Assembly (NCBI GenBank): GCA_964619725.1
Contig: CAZUFC010000016.1
Location: 33,563-97,562 of the forward strand
DNA: 64,000 nt
From: an uncultured bacterium
GTDB lineage: Bacteria > CSSED10-310 > CAZUFC01
Direction: 5' to 3'
A program made the translations under genes and the position numbers. This document shows positions 18,606-28,547 of the stretch, piece by piece. Each line of letters begins with the position of its first letter. Position 1 is the stretch's first letter. The notes under the pieces were generated by a model that was not told the origin of the DNA, did no database searches, and saw nothing but the letters and a program-made list of their open reading frames with translations.

Positions 18606-20486
18606 GTGAAAGTTGTCTCCATATTTTTGATAATTTTGTTTGTGTCCGGCGTATGCGCAGCGAGAAGTGCGGATTTTTCGGTAGAAGCTTACACGGACAA
18701 AACAAGGATGACCAGCGACGACAGTCTGCAACTGACCGTTTCTGCGGGAGCCCAACAGGGGACGCCACAAATTCAGATTCCCGAATTTGAGGATTTTGAT
18801 GTTGTCCAAAGGCCGTCCCAGTCGACTGAGATGCAGATCATCAATGGTCGTATGTCCGTAAAACAGAAGATCACTGTAATTCTGATGCCGAAGCGGGACG
18901 GAAAGCTGACCATACCTCGCATACCGGCGACACTGGACGGACAGACAGCCTATTCTGAACCCATAGAAATTCATGTGGTCAAATCCGCGGTCAAACCTCA
19001 AGCTCCTCATCCGCAATCGCAGCAGGATTCGCGCCGTTCCGACGTCGAACCACCCGGTTCAACCGATGAAAAGGACCTTTTCATCCGGGCTGCAGCGGAT
19101 AAAACTGAAGTTTATGTAGGCGAGCAGATATCGGTACAGTATGACCTATACAGCCGGATCAACATAGTCGACGTCAATATTCAGACCATGCCGTCGACTT
19201 CGGGCTTCTGGGAAGAGGACCTGTATTCGCCGCAGTCGCTTGATATGCGCCGGACGAAAATCAACGATGTTCCTTACGTCACGGCGCTGATCGCCCGTAA
19301 AGCCCTGTTTCCCGTTTCCTCGGGAGAATATACGATTGAACCCATGGTGCTCCGTTTCGCCGTCAGAACGGAAAGGCGCCGCTCTTCCCGATCCCGTGAC
19401 CCTTTCGGTTTTATGAATGACGATTTTTTTAATCCTTTTTTCGACAGAACAAAATCCATATTCCGAAAAAGCAATCCGCTTTCCATCAAGGTTAAACCAT
19501 TGCCCGAAGAAGGCAGGCCTTCATCTTTTTCCGGCAGCGTCGGCGATTTTTCCATTTCCGCGGATATCGATAAGACAAGACTGAAACAAGGCGATGCCCT
19601 GACGCTGACTATTAACGTCCAGGGAACCGGAAACGTTAAGACCTTCGGCCCTCCTGTTCTGCCTGAATTGCCGGATTTCAAGGTTTATGAACCCAAAGTA
19701 TCCGAGTCCGGCAATATTCAAAACATGACGTACGTGGGCCTGAAATCATTTGAATACGTTCTGATAGCCAGGAATCCGGGAAATGTCGCAATTCCTTCGC
19801 TGGAATATTCGTTCTTCGATCCGCAAAAGGAACAATACAGAACTGTCCATACGAAAAATTTCCGTGTTTTCGTCGAAGAATCGGAACAGGAGGAAGATTC
19901 CGTCATAGTCGTCGGCCCTGAAACTCAAAAGAAAAAAATGGTCCTGAAAGGGAAGGACATTCGATATATAAAAAGCGCTCCTGATATGCTCTCCGATCAA
20001 ACCCAAAATTTTCATAAAAGACCGCTCACACTGCTCTTGTGGATACTTCCATGGTTTGCTTTACCCGGAGCGTTAATTTTCAGTTCTTACCGGAAACGTC
20101 TCTCGGAAGATGTGGCTTTCGCTCGTAAACGAAAAGCGCTCGTCACAGTTCAAAATAAATTAAAGAAAGCGGAAAGCATGTCGGAGCATCCTGAAAACTC
20201 AGTGGAATTCTATAAAACAATCAATGACGCATTGACGAAATACATCGCTGACGTCTGTAACCTTCCCGCAGCAGGTTTGACTCCCGAAGAAATCCGGAAC
20301 GTCTTGAATCAATCCTGCGTCACTTCAGAATCGATCAGGAAAGTCGATTCATTGCTCGAAACTTCAAATTTCCTTATTTTCACCGGTGCACGCTCCGAAA
20401 AAAAGGATATGCAGAATTCTCTCGAAGAAGTGAAACAATTGATAAATGAACTGGAAAAAGAAAAGAATCTGAGGAGCCGGAAATGA
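18606..20486 (+). CDS. batD: BatD family protein
   Basis: Three Ig-like repeats, SQSTEMQIING, KTEVYVGEQ, VKPLP..GRP.SFSG.VG.F, GTGN, DIRYIK + TM. Confidence 0.9.
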   Translation: MKVVSIFLIILFVSGVCAARSADFSVEAYTDKTRMTSDDSLQLTVSAGAQQGTPQIQIPEFEDFDVVQRPSQSTEMQIINGRMSVKQKITVILMPKRDGKLTIPRIPATLDGQTAYSEPIEIHVVKSAVKPQAPHPQSQQDSRRSDVEPPGSTDEKDLFIRAAADKTEVYVGEQISVQYDLYSRINIVDVNIQTMPSTSGFWEEDLYSPQSLDMRRTKINDVPYVTALIARKALFPVSSGEYTIEPMVLRFAVRTERRRSSRSRDPFGFMNDDFFNPFFDRTKSIFRKSNPLSIKVKPLPEEGRPSSFSGSVGDFSISADIDKTRLKQGDALTLTINVQGTGNVKTFGPPVLPELPDFKVYEPKVSESGNIQNMTYVGLKSFEYVLIARNPGNVAIPSLEYSFFDPQKEQYRTVHTKNFRVFVEESEQEEDSVIVVGPETQKKKMVLKGKDIRYIKSAPDMLSDQTQNFHKRPLTLLLWILPWFALPGALIFSSYRKRLSEDVAFARKRKALVTVQNKLKKAESMSEHPENSVEFYKTINDALTKYIADVCNLPAAGLTPEEIRNVLNQSCVTSESIRKVDSLLETSNFLIFTGARSEKKDMQNSLEEVKQLINELEKEKNLRSRK

Positions 20487-21274
20487 AAGAGCGATTTCTG
20501 ATAATCTTCTGCACTGTAACGGTTCTGCTCGGCGCCGGCCTTTTATCGACGCTTCCCGTCTTTTCGGATGAAACGGAGAGTTTCACATTATTGTTCAAAA
20601 AAGGAAATGAAGCCTACCAGAAAGGACAATACGAAACAGCGTTATCCAACTACGAAAGAATACTGACTCACGGATTCGCAAGCGGAAAAGTCTATTACAA
20701 CATCGGCAACACCTATTTCTATCTTGGAAACATCGGAAAAGCCATCCTGTATTATGAACGAGCCAGACGCATCCTTCCGGGAGACGAAGACGTCAAAGCC
20801 AATCTGGAATTAGCATATTCCATGACGGAAGACAAAATAGAAGCGCCGCAGCCTGGACTAATGAGCCGGGCATTCCGATTCTTCTATAACAAATTTAATC
20901 TTAATACTCTTGCCGCCGCTTCACTCATTATTTATCTCGTCATAAGCGCCCTTGTCATAACAGGAATATTAATTCGCATTACTCAAATACGCAAATGGTG
21001 CTTTCGATCAGCCATGATATGCGCAATACCGCTGATCGTTTTCGGATACAGTTTTCTTTGGAAACTGTATGACCTCCATTACAATCCCCAGGCCGTCGTC
21101 CTGGCCGATCAAGTCGAAGCGAAAAGCGGTCCCGCCGAAAACTTCACATCCCTTTTTACCATTCATGAAGGAACCAAAGTCAATATAATAGCCGGACGAT
21201 CAGATTGGGTCCGTATCGACCTGCCCAACGGCCTGAACGGCTGGATACCTGGGGACGCTCTTGAACGTATCTGA
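20483..21274 (+). CDS. batE: BatE TPR + SH3 protein
   Basis: FKKGNEAY, YYNIGNTY..LG.IGKAILYYERA, two TM helices, SGP......F.IHEGTKV...W..I.LPNG..GWIP. Confidence 0.9.
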   Translation: MKERFLIIFCTVTVLLGAGLLSTLPVFSDETESFTLLFKKGNEAYQKGQYETALSNYERILTHGFASGKVYYNIGNTYFYLGNIGKAILYYERARRILPGDEDVKANLELAYSMTEDKIEAPQPGLMSRAFRFFYNKFNLNTLAAASLIIYLVISALVITGILIRITQIRKWCFRSAMICAIPLIVFGYSFLWKLYDLHYNPQAVVLADQVEAKSGPAENFTSLFTIHEGTKVNIIAGRSDWVRIDLPNGLNGWIPGDALERI

Positions 21275-21351
21275 CGTTCTAAAATTTTTTCCCCGAAATG
21301 CTGTGCGTAAAGTAACGGGAGGACTGAATTTTCTGAATCACATGACATCAT

Positions 21352-22704
21352 TTATTCATAAGAAATGACTTCCAACATGAAAGAAAGTAGTCTTCCGTCA
21401 GTTTCGTCGTGCCAATACGGTGAAAAAACGCTGTCTGAATAAAAATTAATTTTTACCGTTCTATTTAATTCATTCATTGTCAGCTCAAACTGGTTCATCG
21501 TCTCGGTCAGAACGATTTTTTCGTACAAAGAGCCGTCTGAGTAGACGAATATGCTCTGTTCTTTATTGTAAAAACGCGGGAAAAGGCTGCTGATTTTGAA
21601 CTTTATCCTATTGACGTTGAACAACATTATAACGCTTTCTATTTGAGACCATCTGAAAGCAGCCTGCCCTGTCTTCTCTTCACCATAAAAACCCCCAATA
21701 TAATCGACTAACGGCTCGTTTTCACTTTTATCCCTGTATTCTGGGGCTGCTTTCTTTAACGCTTCTGCATCTTTCGAAGCCAGGCATATGTTCCATTCCC
21801 GGCCTTCCAAAAAGCTCTCTCTAACGATGTCCATACTTCTCGGGACATGCTCGAATAAGCCGTTAACGGGATAAAGAAAAATCATGTGCGTAAATCCGGA
21901 TATCCTGAGCAATCGAATCATCTGATCCCTGGAATAGGGTCGTTCCAGAGTATGATATTTCTCCATAAGTTCCCTGTTGTTTCGCTGCCATAAAGAATCT
22001 TTATCAGGCGCCGTGCTTTCGGTTATTGCGATAATTCCATCACTTGTTAAATTTTTCGATATGTTTTTTAAGGCGGATATCGGATCATAAAAGTGATGTA
22101 AAGCGGATTCAAGGAAAGCCGTATCGAATAAATCGCTGACAGGCAATGGCGCCTTTTCGATATCGTGCACCATGAAATCCACATCGAACGACCTATCTTC
22201 ATAAGTGGACAGCGGATCAGCAGCGACGCGTCGCTTTGCTGTCTGAATCATATCCGGCGATATATCAAAGCCCAACACGCTGAGTCCCAATTTTCCGAAG
22301 TAATGGGACGTCCAGCCAGGTCCGCAACCTACGTCCAAAATTCTTGTTTGCGGAGTTAAAGGTAGTCTTTGAGCCATATTCAGGAATTTATACATCTCAA
22401 TATAAAAAGAATCGTAATCAGGACCTCCTATAAAGGGTTTAATCAGATGATACCTTTCTGTGCCGCGTCCCTTGTCATTCGTCAAATTGCGAAGATATTC
22501 CACAGCCCCTTTTTTCCAGTCGATACCAGGAGGAACATCACGGTTTATTTCTTCAAGCAGTTCTTTCTCCGAATCTTCCCTATTCGTCTTTTCATATTTC
22601 TTCATTGCCTCTATCTCCTTTCCCATGAGTCTCCGCCAAAAAAATCTGATCACGACTTTCCTCATCCTGTCCGAACAGTCCAAAGCGTTAAATCGATTAT
22701 TCAA
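21352..22704 (-). CDS. Class I SAM-dependent methyltransferase with C-terminal beta-sandwich-like domain
   Basis: ILDVGCGPGWTS, GFDIS..MI, ALHHF; start may be Met at 22626. Confidence 0.85.
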   Translation of the reverse strand: MNNRFNALDCSDRMRKVVIRFFWRRLMGKEIEAMKKYEKTNREDSEKELLEEINRDVPPGIDWKKGAVEYLRNLTNDKGRGTERYHLIKPFIGGPDYDSFYIEMYKFLNMAQRLPLTPQTRILDVGCGPGWTSHYFGKLGLSVLGFDISPDMIQTAKRRVAADPLSTYEDRSFDVDFMVHDIEKAPLPVSDLFDTAFLESALHHFYDPISALKNISKNLTSDGIIAITESTAPDKDSLWQRNNRELMEKYHTLERPYSRDQMIRLLRISGFTHMIFLYPVNGLFEHVPRSMDIVRESFLEGREWNICLASKDAEALKKAAPEYRDKSENEPLVDYIGGFYGEEKTGQAAFRWSQIESVIMLFNVNRIKFKISSLFPRFYNKEQSIFVYSDGSLYEKIVLTETMNQFELTMNELNRTVKINFYSDSVFSPYWHDETDGRLLSFMLEVISYE

Positions 22705-22722
22705 ATCTGATCATTCTGCATT

Positions 22723-24192
22723 CTATAAGTTCGTAAACGAAAACCCTGCGCCCAGAAGTCGTACATCTACGCTGCCGAAAGCATCCGAAGGCCTAATCGC
22801 ACGGTCCGTTTCACATTTAAGCACAACCCATCGGCCCCTTAAATCATCTGGAATGAATATCTTGCAGGGAACCCAGACGTTATGCTCTTTGAGCGCCAAT
22901 TCTTTTACCGTTTTTCCGTTAAGTGAAATCCTGACGTGTTGAGGATCATTCTCTGAACATTGAATTATTGTTATAACGGAAAATTCCAGGTGAGAAGAGT
23001 TCCTGTCCAGGGCGACTATTTTTGCTGCGGATTTCCCCATCCATTGAAATTTCCTGTTGTCTTCACTCCATGTCTCAACGGCATAGAATTCACCTTCTTC
23101 AGCTTCCGGCTTCGTTTCCTTTTCCGGCTTAGAGCCCAGACAGCGGCGGCATAGGGGAGATGTCAGATAATTCTTCTGCATTCCCTCACGTATTTCCGTC
23201 GCATCCTTTCCCTGCCACAGTCTTTTTAACCGCGTTTCGTGAATATTCCCGATAACCATTTCCCCGTCATAATCCTCGCAGCATAAAGTCACATCGCCGT
23301 TGACCAGCACGATGAGCTGATTAAAAGGATTGGCGCAACTTCCCTTCTCCGTATACGAGTAATTTTCTTCTCCGTAAAGGCTTCCGGTCCAGGCGCCTGC
23401 TTCCCTTACAGCGATATTGAGTATATGGTCCTTATTATTCATTAATTGAAATTTATAAATATCATCCGCTTCTTTCACGGGTTGAGGGAATTGCACCGGT
23501 AATCCGGACTTTTCTTCCAGAACTTTCGTCCAATTCTTTAATATTTTCAGAACGTCCATCCAGGACTGAAGCCCCTTCATGTTCGGCATAAATCCGAAAG
23601 AAGTCATATATAGAACATCTATTTGCCTTAAGCCCGTCGGTTCGCCTGAATCCAGTCTTTCCAGATAACGCCCTATGGCTGATTCGATCCTTTCAATATA
23701 TGATTTCCAATCCATTCCGGATTGAAAACGCGCCTGTTTAAACGATGCCTCATCCGGAGATTGTATGGATATAACCAGGCGCACCACCGTCAATGCAGAC
23801 AACTCATTAATTTTCTCCGGGTTCAGAAATGTTCCGTTCGTATACAAATCCGGCAATACTCCCCGGCTGTTCATGTATTCGATGAACCGGATCAGCTCCG
23901 GATGAAGAAAAGGTTCGCCCATTAAATGCAAGCCGACGTGCGAATTATTAACCAATCCGTCATCCGCAAGCATGTCTATGATCTTTCGGAATGTTTTGAA
24001 ATCCATGTATTCCTTTTTGCGCTTCATAATGCCGTAAGGACAAAAAGAACAGTTAAAATTACAGCAGTTTGTTATCTCAACCCAGAAATTCCGCGGCGGC
24101 TCCCAACGAGTCTCTTTGCCCTTTTTTTTCATGACGCTCAACAACTTCTGAAACAGAACCGGCGTTTTAGCTCCAATATTTTTCCGAACCAA
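22723..24192 (-). CDS. Radical SAM/SPASM(Twitch) domain protein with C-terminal beta-sandwich-like domain
   Basis: CNFNCSFC, GEPFLHP, YTNG, C..PF.QL.V..NGDV.LCC.D, C..C; AAGGAG SD before TTG. Confidence 0.9.
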   Translation of the reverse strand: MVRKNIGAKTPVLFQKLLSVMKKKGKETRWEPPRNFWVEITNCCNFNCSFCPYGIMKRKKEYMDFKTFRKIIDMLADDGLVNNSHVGLHLMGEPFLHPELIRFIEYMNSRGVLPDLYTNGTFLNPEKINELSALTVVRLVISIQSPDEASFKQARFQSGMDWKSYIERIESAIGRYLERLDSGEPTGLRQIDVLYMTSFGFMPNMKGLQSWMDVLKILKNWTKVLEEKSGLPVQFPQPVKEADDIYKFQLMNNKDHILNIAVREAGAWTGSLYGEENYSYTEKGSCANPFNQLIVLVNGDVTLCCEDYDGEMVIGNIHETRLKRLWQGKDATEIREGMQKNYLTSPLCRRCLGSKPEKETKPEAEEGEFYAVETWSEDNRKFQWMGKSAAKIVALDRNSSHLEFSVITIIQCSENDPQHVRISLNGKTVKELALKEHNVWVPCKIFIPDDLRGRWVVLKCETDRAIRPSDAFGSVDVRLLGAGFSFTNL

Positions 24193-24542
24193 AATCGGCT
24201 CCTTTCATCCATACCGCCAAGATCAGGAATTGCACAAGCTCCTCATTCGCTCGCCCTGCTCCCAGAGTACAGAGTAGTTAATAATTTTTACGGCAGAAAG
24301 CATTACCGCGTTCAAAATCATAATTCATTACAAGGCTCCAGTTCAACTCAAATCTTCAATCCTCCTACTCTCCTTTTTCATCGTTCTCTGATTTCGAATG
24401 CTCAAATCTGCAGTTGTCTCACCGGTGTGAAGCATTTGCAGGTATCGTTTTACAGGCTGAGGGGACGGATAAAAAACGGACTGCCTTTACGACAATAGAT
24501 ATGCCTTTCAAACGTGATCTGCGTAGCCGCGCTTTCCGCTTT

Positions 24543-25649
24543 CTATAGTTTCCATTGCATGGGCAGACTCAATAATGACGTCGAGAATTTCAAGAACCAA
24601 CGGGACCAATAGGTGGGATCACCTTTTATTATTAACTGCAAATCCCGTTCTTCGAGGAATTGCGTTAAACGCAGCATTAAATTTTCTTTGGAATAAATGA
24701 CTTTCTTTCGATATACGGAAGCCAGAAATTGAGGAGACATATTGTTTCGGTCTATCTGAACGACTGATTCAGCGGCTTTTTTTCCGCTCCAGAATGCGTA
24801 ATACAGACCGCCTCCCGTTACTGGATTCACGAAGCCGGCCGCATCTCCCGCACAAATAACGGGTCCTGACCCGAAGGAATCAGCGGTTTTAAGAGGTATT
24901 CTTCCGCCGGATTTCCTGATGATTCTGCAGTTTTTCAGGAAGTCTCGACTTTCAATAAATTCCCGCAGAAGAAGATGGAGGCTGTTGCGCCGTTCGAATC
25001 CGAAACCCCCTATTCCCACGTTATAACGGTCTTTGTTTGGAAAAATCCAGAAATAACCATGAGGATTGAGTTTATGATCATAGATGAAGGCCAGGGGCGC
25101 ATCGGCCGGGGGCATGCCTTCGATTTCCCAGGCTAATCCTTGTGCGTGGTGCATGTCTGTATTGAATCCTATTTCCAGAGCTTCATAAGCGATATCGGTG
25201 GGTCCTGCTGCCGTAATCAGCATATCATAAGAGAAGTAGATTTTTTCTCCTGATTGTCGATTTTCAACTTTAATTCTTTTCAGAAAGGGATCGATTTCGA
25301 CGGCTTTATGATGGTATAGAATTTTTGCCCCTGCTTTTCCCGCTTTATCCGCCAGAAAGTTATCCAACTTTTCGCGTCTTACCGCGGCGAAAAGCGGTTT
25401 TTTCAGTCTCGTTTTTTTTACCGTTCCCTCGTATTCTATTGAGACGCCGCTTATACTTCTCTCAACAAGTTCTTCCGGAATGGCTAATTCGCGTAATAAA
25501 AATACGCCCAGCGCCCCGCCGCAAGCAGCGTGTTCGCCCGCATAATTTTCGCGACACAAAACCAGGGGTTTAATGCCCGCCCTGGCAGACTCGTAAGCTG
25601 CGACGCTCCCGGAAGGTCCAGCTCCTATTATGACGACTTTCCTCATCAT
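24543..25649 (-). CDS. Geranylgeranyl reductase-family FAD oxidoreductase
   Basis: IIGAGPSGS, ACGGAL, R..LD.FL, GYFWIFP, NVGIG, GDAAGFVNPVTGGG. Confidence 0.88.
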   Translation of the reverse strand: MMRKVVIIGAGPSGSVAAYESARAGIKPLVLCRENYAGEHAACGGALGVFLLRELAIPEELVERSISGVSIEYEGTVKKTRLKKPLFAAVRREKLDNFLADKAGKAGAKILYHHKAVEIDPFLKRIKVENRQSGEKIYFSYDMLITAAGPTDIAYEALEIGFNTDMHHAQGLAWEIEGMPPADAPLAFIYDHKLNPHGYFWIFPNKDRYNVGIGGFGFERRNSLHLLLREFIESRDFLKNCRIIRKSGGRIPLKTADSFGSGPVICAGDAAGFVNPVTGGGLYYAFWSGKKAAESVVQIDRNNMSPQFLASVYRKKVIYSKENLMLRLTQFLEERDLQLIIKGDPTYWSRWFLKFSTSLLSLPMQWKL

Positions 25650-26581
25650 AAACGTCTCACAGCCATTTCCGCTGCTGCGGCCAAACCCGCCAGGGAATAC
25701 AATAAACGATAACTGCTTCTATATTTCATGACCGCGTTCCTGCTTTCCGCCGATTTTCTCACTCTTAAATAGAAAGGTAACAGAATAACCGGCACAAAAA
25801 AGAATACCGCAACGAAAAAAAACGACAATTTCTGATCGAACGGCGAAGGTAACGTTTCTTCAAAAATATATAAAAAGGCCAGATACAGAGAAGAAAGCAT
25901 AAATAAAGCATAAGCCGCATCGATTAACTTTTTCGGTCCGTACCTGAAAGCTTTATTATGAACCTCCAATTTGCTGTCTTCTTCCCTGTCCTTTACTTCA
26001 TGAACCAGATGCCCGCCCGTAAAGATCATCGCAAAAAAAACCGATAACATCACGGTTTCGCTTGCGATCTCCACAACGAATGCGGCTCCTAATAAAAATT
26101 GCAATATTCCGCTGACGATATGAGTAAAAACGGAGCCTATCGCTGTCGCTTTCAACAAAGTAGCCGGATGAGAATATACGGCCCAGACGGTGAACAGGAT
26201 AATCGAAAAAACAAAAGCAGCCGAGGAAAAATAAAGAAATATGAGGATTGCCGCCAGAAAGAGCAGGAAGGAAATGTTCCGGAATTTCTTTAATTCTACC
26301 GAAGGTTCTCTGATGAACGCATCGGAAAAGCGCTCTCCCCTCGTCAGTTCCTGCCGATGCCCTGAATATTTATTAAAAAGATAGATGGATTCCGACAAAA
26401 GCATCACTCCGCAAAAGAAAATGAAGAAGCGTCCTAATTTCTCCGGTCGCCATTCTTTCCAGGCGTAAAGGAAGCCGAACAAGGGAAAACCGCACATCAG
26501 CAGAGCTTCATAAAGGCGCAATCTGTGCCACCACAGAATCAGCCCCCGGTTCCTGGTTTTCGTTTCATCTATCTGATCCAT
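25646..26581 (-). CDS. UbiA-family prenyltransferase-like membrane protein with a degenerate first Asp-rich motif
   Basis: Multi-TM; YLFN at motif I, YSHP...LK, HEVKDREED at motif II. Confidence 0.7.
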   Translation of the reverse strand: MDQIDETKTRNRGLILWWHRLRLYEALLMCGFPLFGFLYAWKEWRPEKLGRFFIFFCGVMLLSESIYLFNKYSGHRQELTRGERFSDAFIREPSVELKKFRNISFLLFLAAILIFLYFSSAAFVFSIILFTVWAVYSHPATLLKATAIGSVFTHIVSGILQFLLGAAFVVEIASETVMLSVFFAMIFTGGHLVHEVKDREEDSKLEVHNKAFRYGPKKLIDAAYALFMLSSLYLAFLYIFEETLPSPFDQKLSFFFVAVFFFVPVILLPFYLRVRKSAESRNAVMKYRSSYRLLYSLAGLAAAAEMAVRRL

Positions 26582-28547
26582 CGCCAGTTTCCACCTTTCG
26601 AGCGCCTGGTTGAAATTCCCCTATGGACCTTTCAGCGGCCGAAGGGGCTTCCTGAATTACATCTTTTATCCCGTTAAGCTCCTCTTTCTTTTTGTTTTTC
26701 CTTACGCCGCCCAATTCAACCATTTTCGGTTTCGTATCTTCCATCACTTCCCAGGATAACCCGCCTTCGCTGTATGGTTTTAATTCCAGATTTCCTCGAT
26801 AGGACCTGATGCGATAAGCCGGTCGATCGTCGTAATACTCCATTAATTCCAGGTTTTTTTCATGTCCTAAATCTCTGGCATATATGACGTCGTCAGAAAA
26901 ATCAGGAGCATTGTTTTTTAGCGTAGCGACCCAGCTTTCCTGGAACCCTGTTCCAATATAATATTTGACGAAAATTAAACCTTTCTTTACTCCTTCTTCC
27001 GATACTTTCCTGTAGACCGTATTGATCTTTCTGACGAGATTTTTTAAAGCATCCGCTTGAGCGTAATCATAAAAAAGCGACCCGGTAAAAACAGCCAGAG
27101 TCAAAGCGATTGCGGTGGCGTAAGCCGACAGGCGCGCTTTTTTCGAGATTATATCTGCCAGACTGCGGATTCCCCTGGCGGAGAGAATAATCAGACAGGG
27201 CAGCGTTTCGACATAAAGTATGGGTCCCGTATCATTCGTACCAGCCCAGAAATAAAAGAAATACAGGGCAAAGGAAAAAATAACGGGGGCAATCAGGAAA
27301 ATATTGAATTTTCTTTTTTTCGAAAATAGAATGTAGGAAATAAGGGCAACGAGAGTGAAGGGACCGCCGAACAACCAGAAATTCAATCTCAGAAAATTAA
27401 TGACCGCGTTGTTGAAACCAAGCTGCGGCGTATGCTCTATACCCCAGGGATATTTTCCGAAACCTATAGCCTCCGTCAGTTCTACTTCCTCCATCCAGAA
27501 CTTGTAATACCCCGAATAAAGCGGATGTCCATTCATGATCCAGTTAAGCGAAGCAATTAAGACGAGTGAAACGGCGCCTCCTGCAAACAGCATCAACAAC
27601 TTTTTTTTCTGCGGTTTCCTTATTTCATTCAAAAAGCCTGCGGCGAGGATGGGTAAAGAGTGAGTAACGCTCACCGTTGGTCTGATGTTGTACATCCAGA
27701 CGCCTATAAAGCCGGCTGCGAAGAGTTTCACCATTCTGCGCTTATCGGGATTCTGTTCAAGCGAGAGGAACAGAAGAAACAGAATTGTAATGAAAAAAAT
27801 GGCTGAAACGCCTGAACCCAGAGCAGCGAAGGTGAACAGAAAAAAAGGAGAGCAAAGATACAGCACTGCCGTAATATTCCCGGTGGTTTTGCCGTAATAC
27901 TCTGCGGCGAATTTTCGGCTGAACAGGACGACAAGTAAGCCCATTACGGCCGGCATGAGATAAGGGAAGCCCACCCAAACACCGGGAACCAGCATTAGGG
28001 GATGGCCAACCGGATACTGACCGTACATTCTGTCTTCATTGATGAGGAAGACGTTATCGAAGAATTCCTTCAACGGGTGCGCCGGAGCCGTAAGATGACC
28101 GTCAGCCAGAATCCTGGCCTGAAATAGATATACATCCTCATCATCAGTCAAGCCCGTCTCCTTCAAAACAAAAACAGCGATAATCAGTATGACCGGGAAG
28201 ACAATCCAGGGCGATGCTTTTCCTGCGACTGCAAGCAACCTCTTCCCTATTTTATCTGTTTTTTCCAGTTGCGCTGCATAAAGAAAACACACCAGGCCGG
28301 TCGCCAGAAAAATCAGTCCGGGAAAAACATAAACGGTCAAGATACGCCAGAGCTGCTGCTCTTTAACAGTCACTTTCGATACCCAGTTTATGCCGTCATT
28401 ATCAGCGCCGTATTTTCTCAGGTTCCCGAAACCGTGTATATCTTCGACGAATATCATGAATCGGTACGCGCTGAATGAAAAAGCGATCAAACACAGCAAA
28501 CCGGCAATAATAAACACTGAGCGTGATTTGTTGCCTTTAAACGTCAT
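26565..28547 (-). CDS. GT-C (ArnT/PMT-like) membrane glycosyltransferase
   Basis: DDEDVYLFQARI, GQYPVGHP, SPFF, IRP, many TM helices, C-terminal YARDLG..N..LM.YY.DR. Confidence 0.75.
   Translation of the reverse strand: MTFKGNKSRSVFIIAGLLCLIAFSFSAYRFMIFVEDIHGFGNLRKYGADNDGINWVSKVTVKEQQLWRILTVYVFPGLIFLATGLVCFLYAAQLEKTDKIGKRLLAVAGKASPWIVFPVILIIAVFVLKETGLTDDEDVYLFQARILADGHLTAPAHPLKEFFDNVFLINEDRMYGQYPVGHPLMLVPGVWVGFPYLMPAVMGLLVVLFSRKFAAEYYGKTTGNITAVLYLCSPFFLFTFAALGSGVSAIFFITILFLLFLSLEQNPDKRRMVKLFAAGFIGVWMYNIRPTVSVTHSLPILAAGFLNEIRKPQKKKLLMLFAGGAVSLVLIASLNWIMNGHPLYSGYYKFWMEEVELTEAIGFGKYPWGIEHTPQLGFNNAVINFLRLNFWLFGGPFTLVALISYILFSKKRKFNIFLIAPVIFSFALYFFYFWAGTNDTGPILYVETLPCLIILSARGIRSLADIISKKARLSAYATAIALTLAVFTGSLFYDYAQADALKNLVRKINTVYRKVSEEGVKKGLIFVKYYIGTGFQESWVATLKNNAPDFSDDVIYARDLGHEKNLELMEYYDDRPAYRIRSYRGNLELKPYSEGGLSWEVMEDTKPKMVELGGVRKNKKKEELNGIKDVIQEAPSAAERSIGEFQPGARKVETGDGSDR

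Noticed and set aside
23926-24498. 190-aa ORF over the radical SAM start and upstream intergenic region
   Set aside because: It overlaps the radical SAM gene antisense, has atypical composition and shows no motifs.
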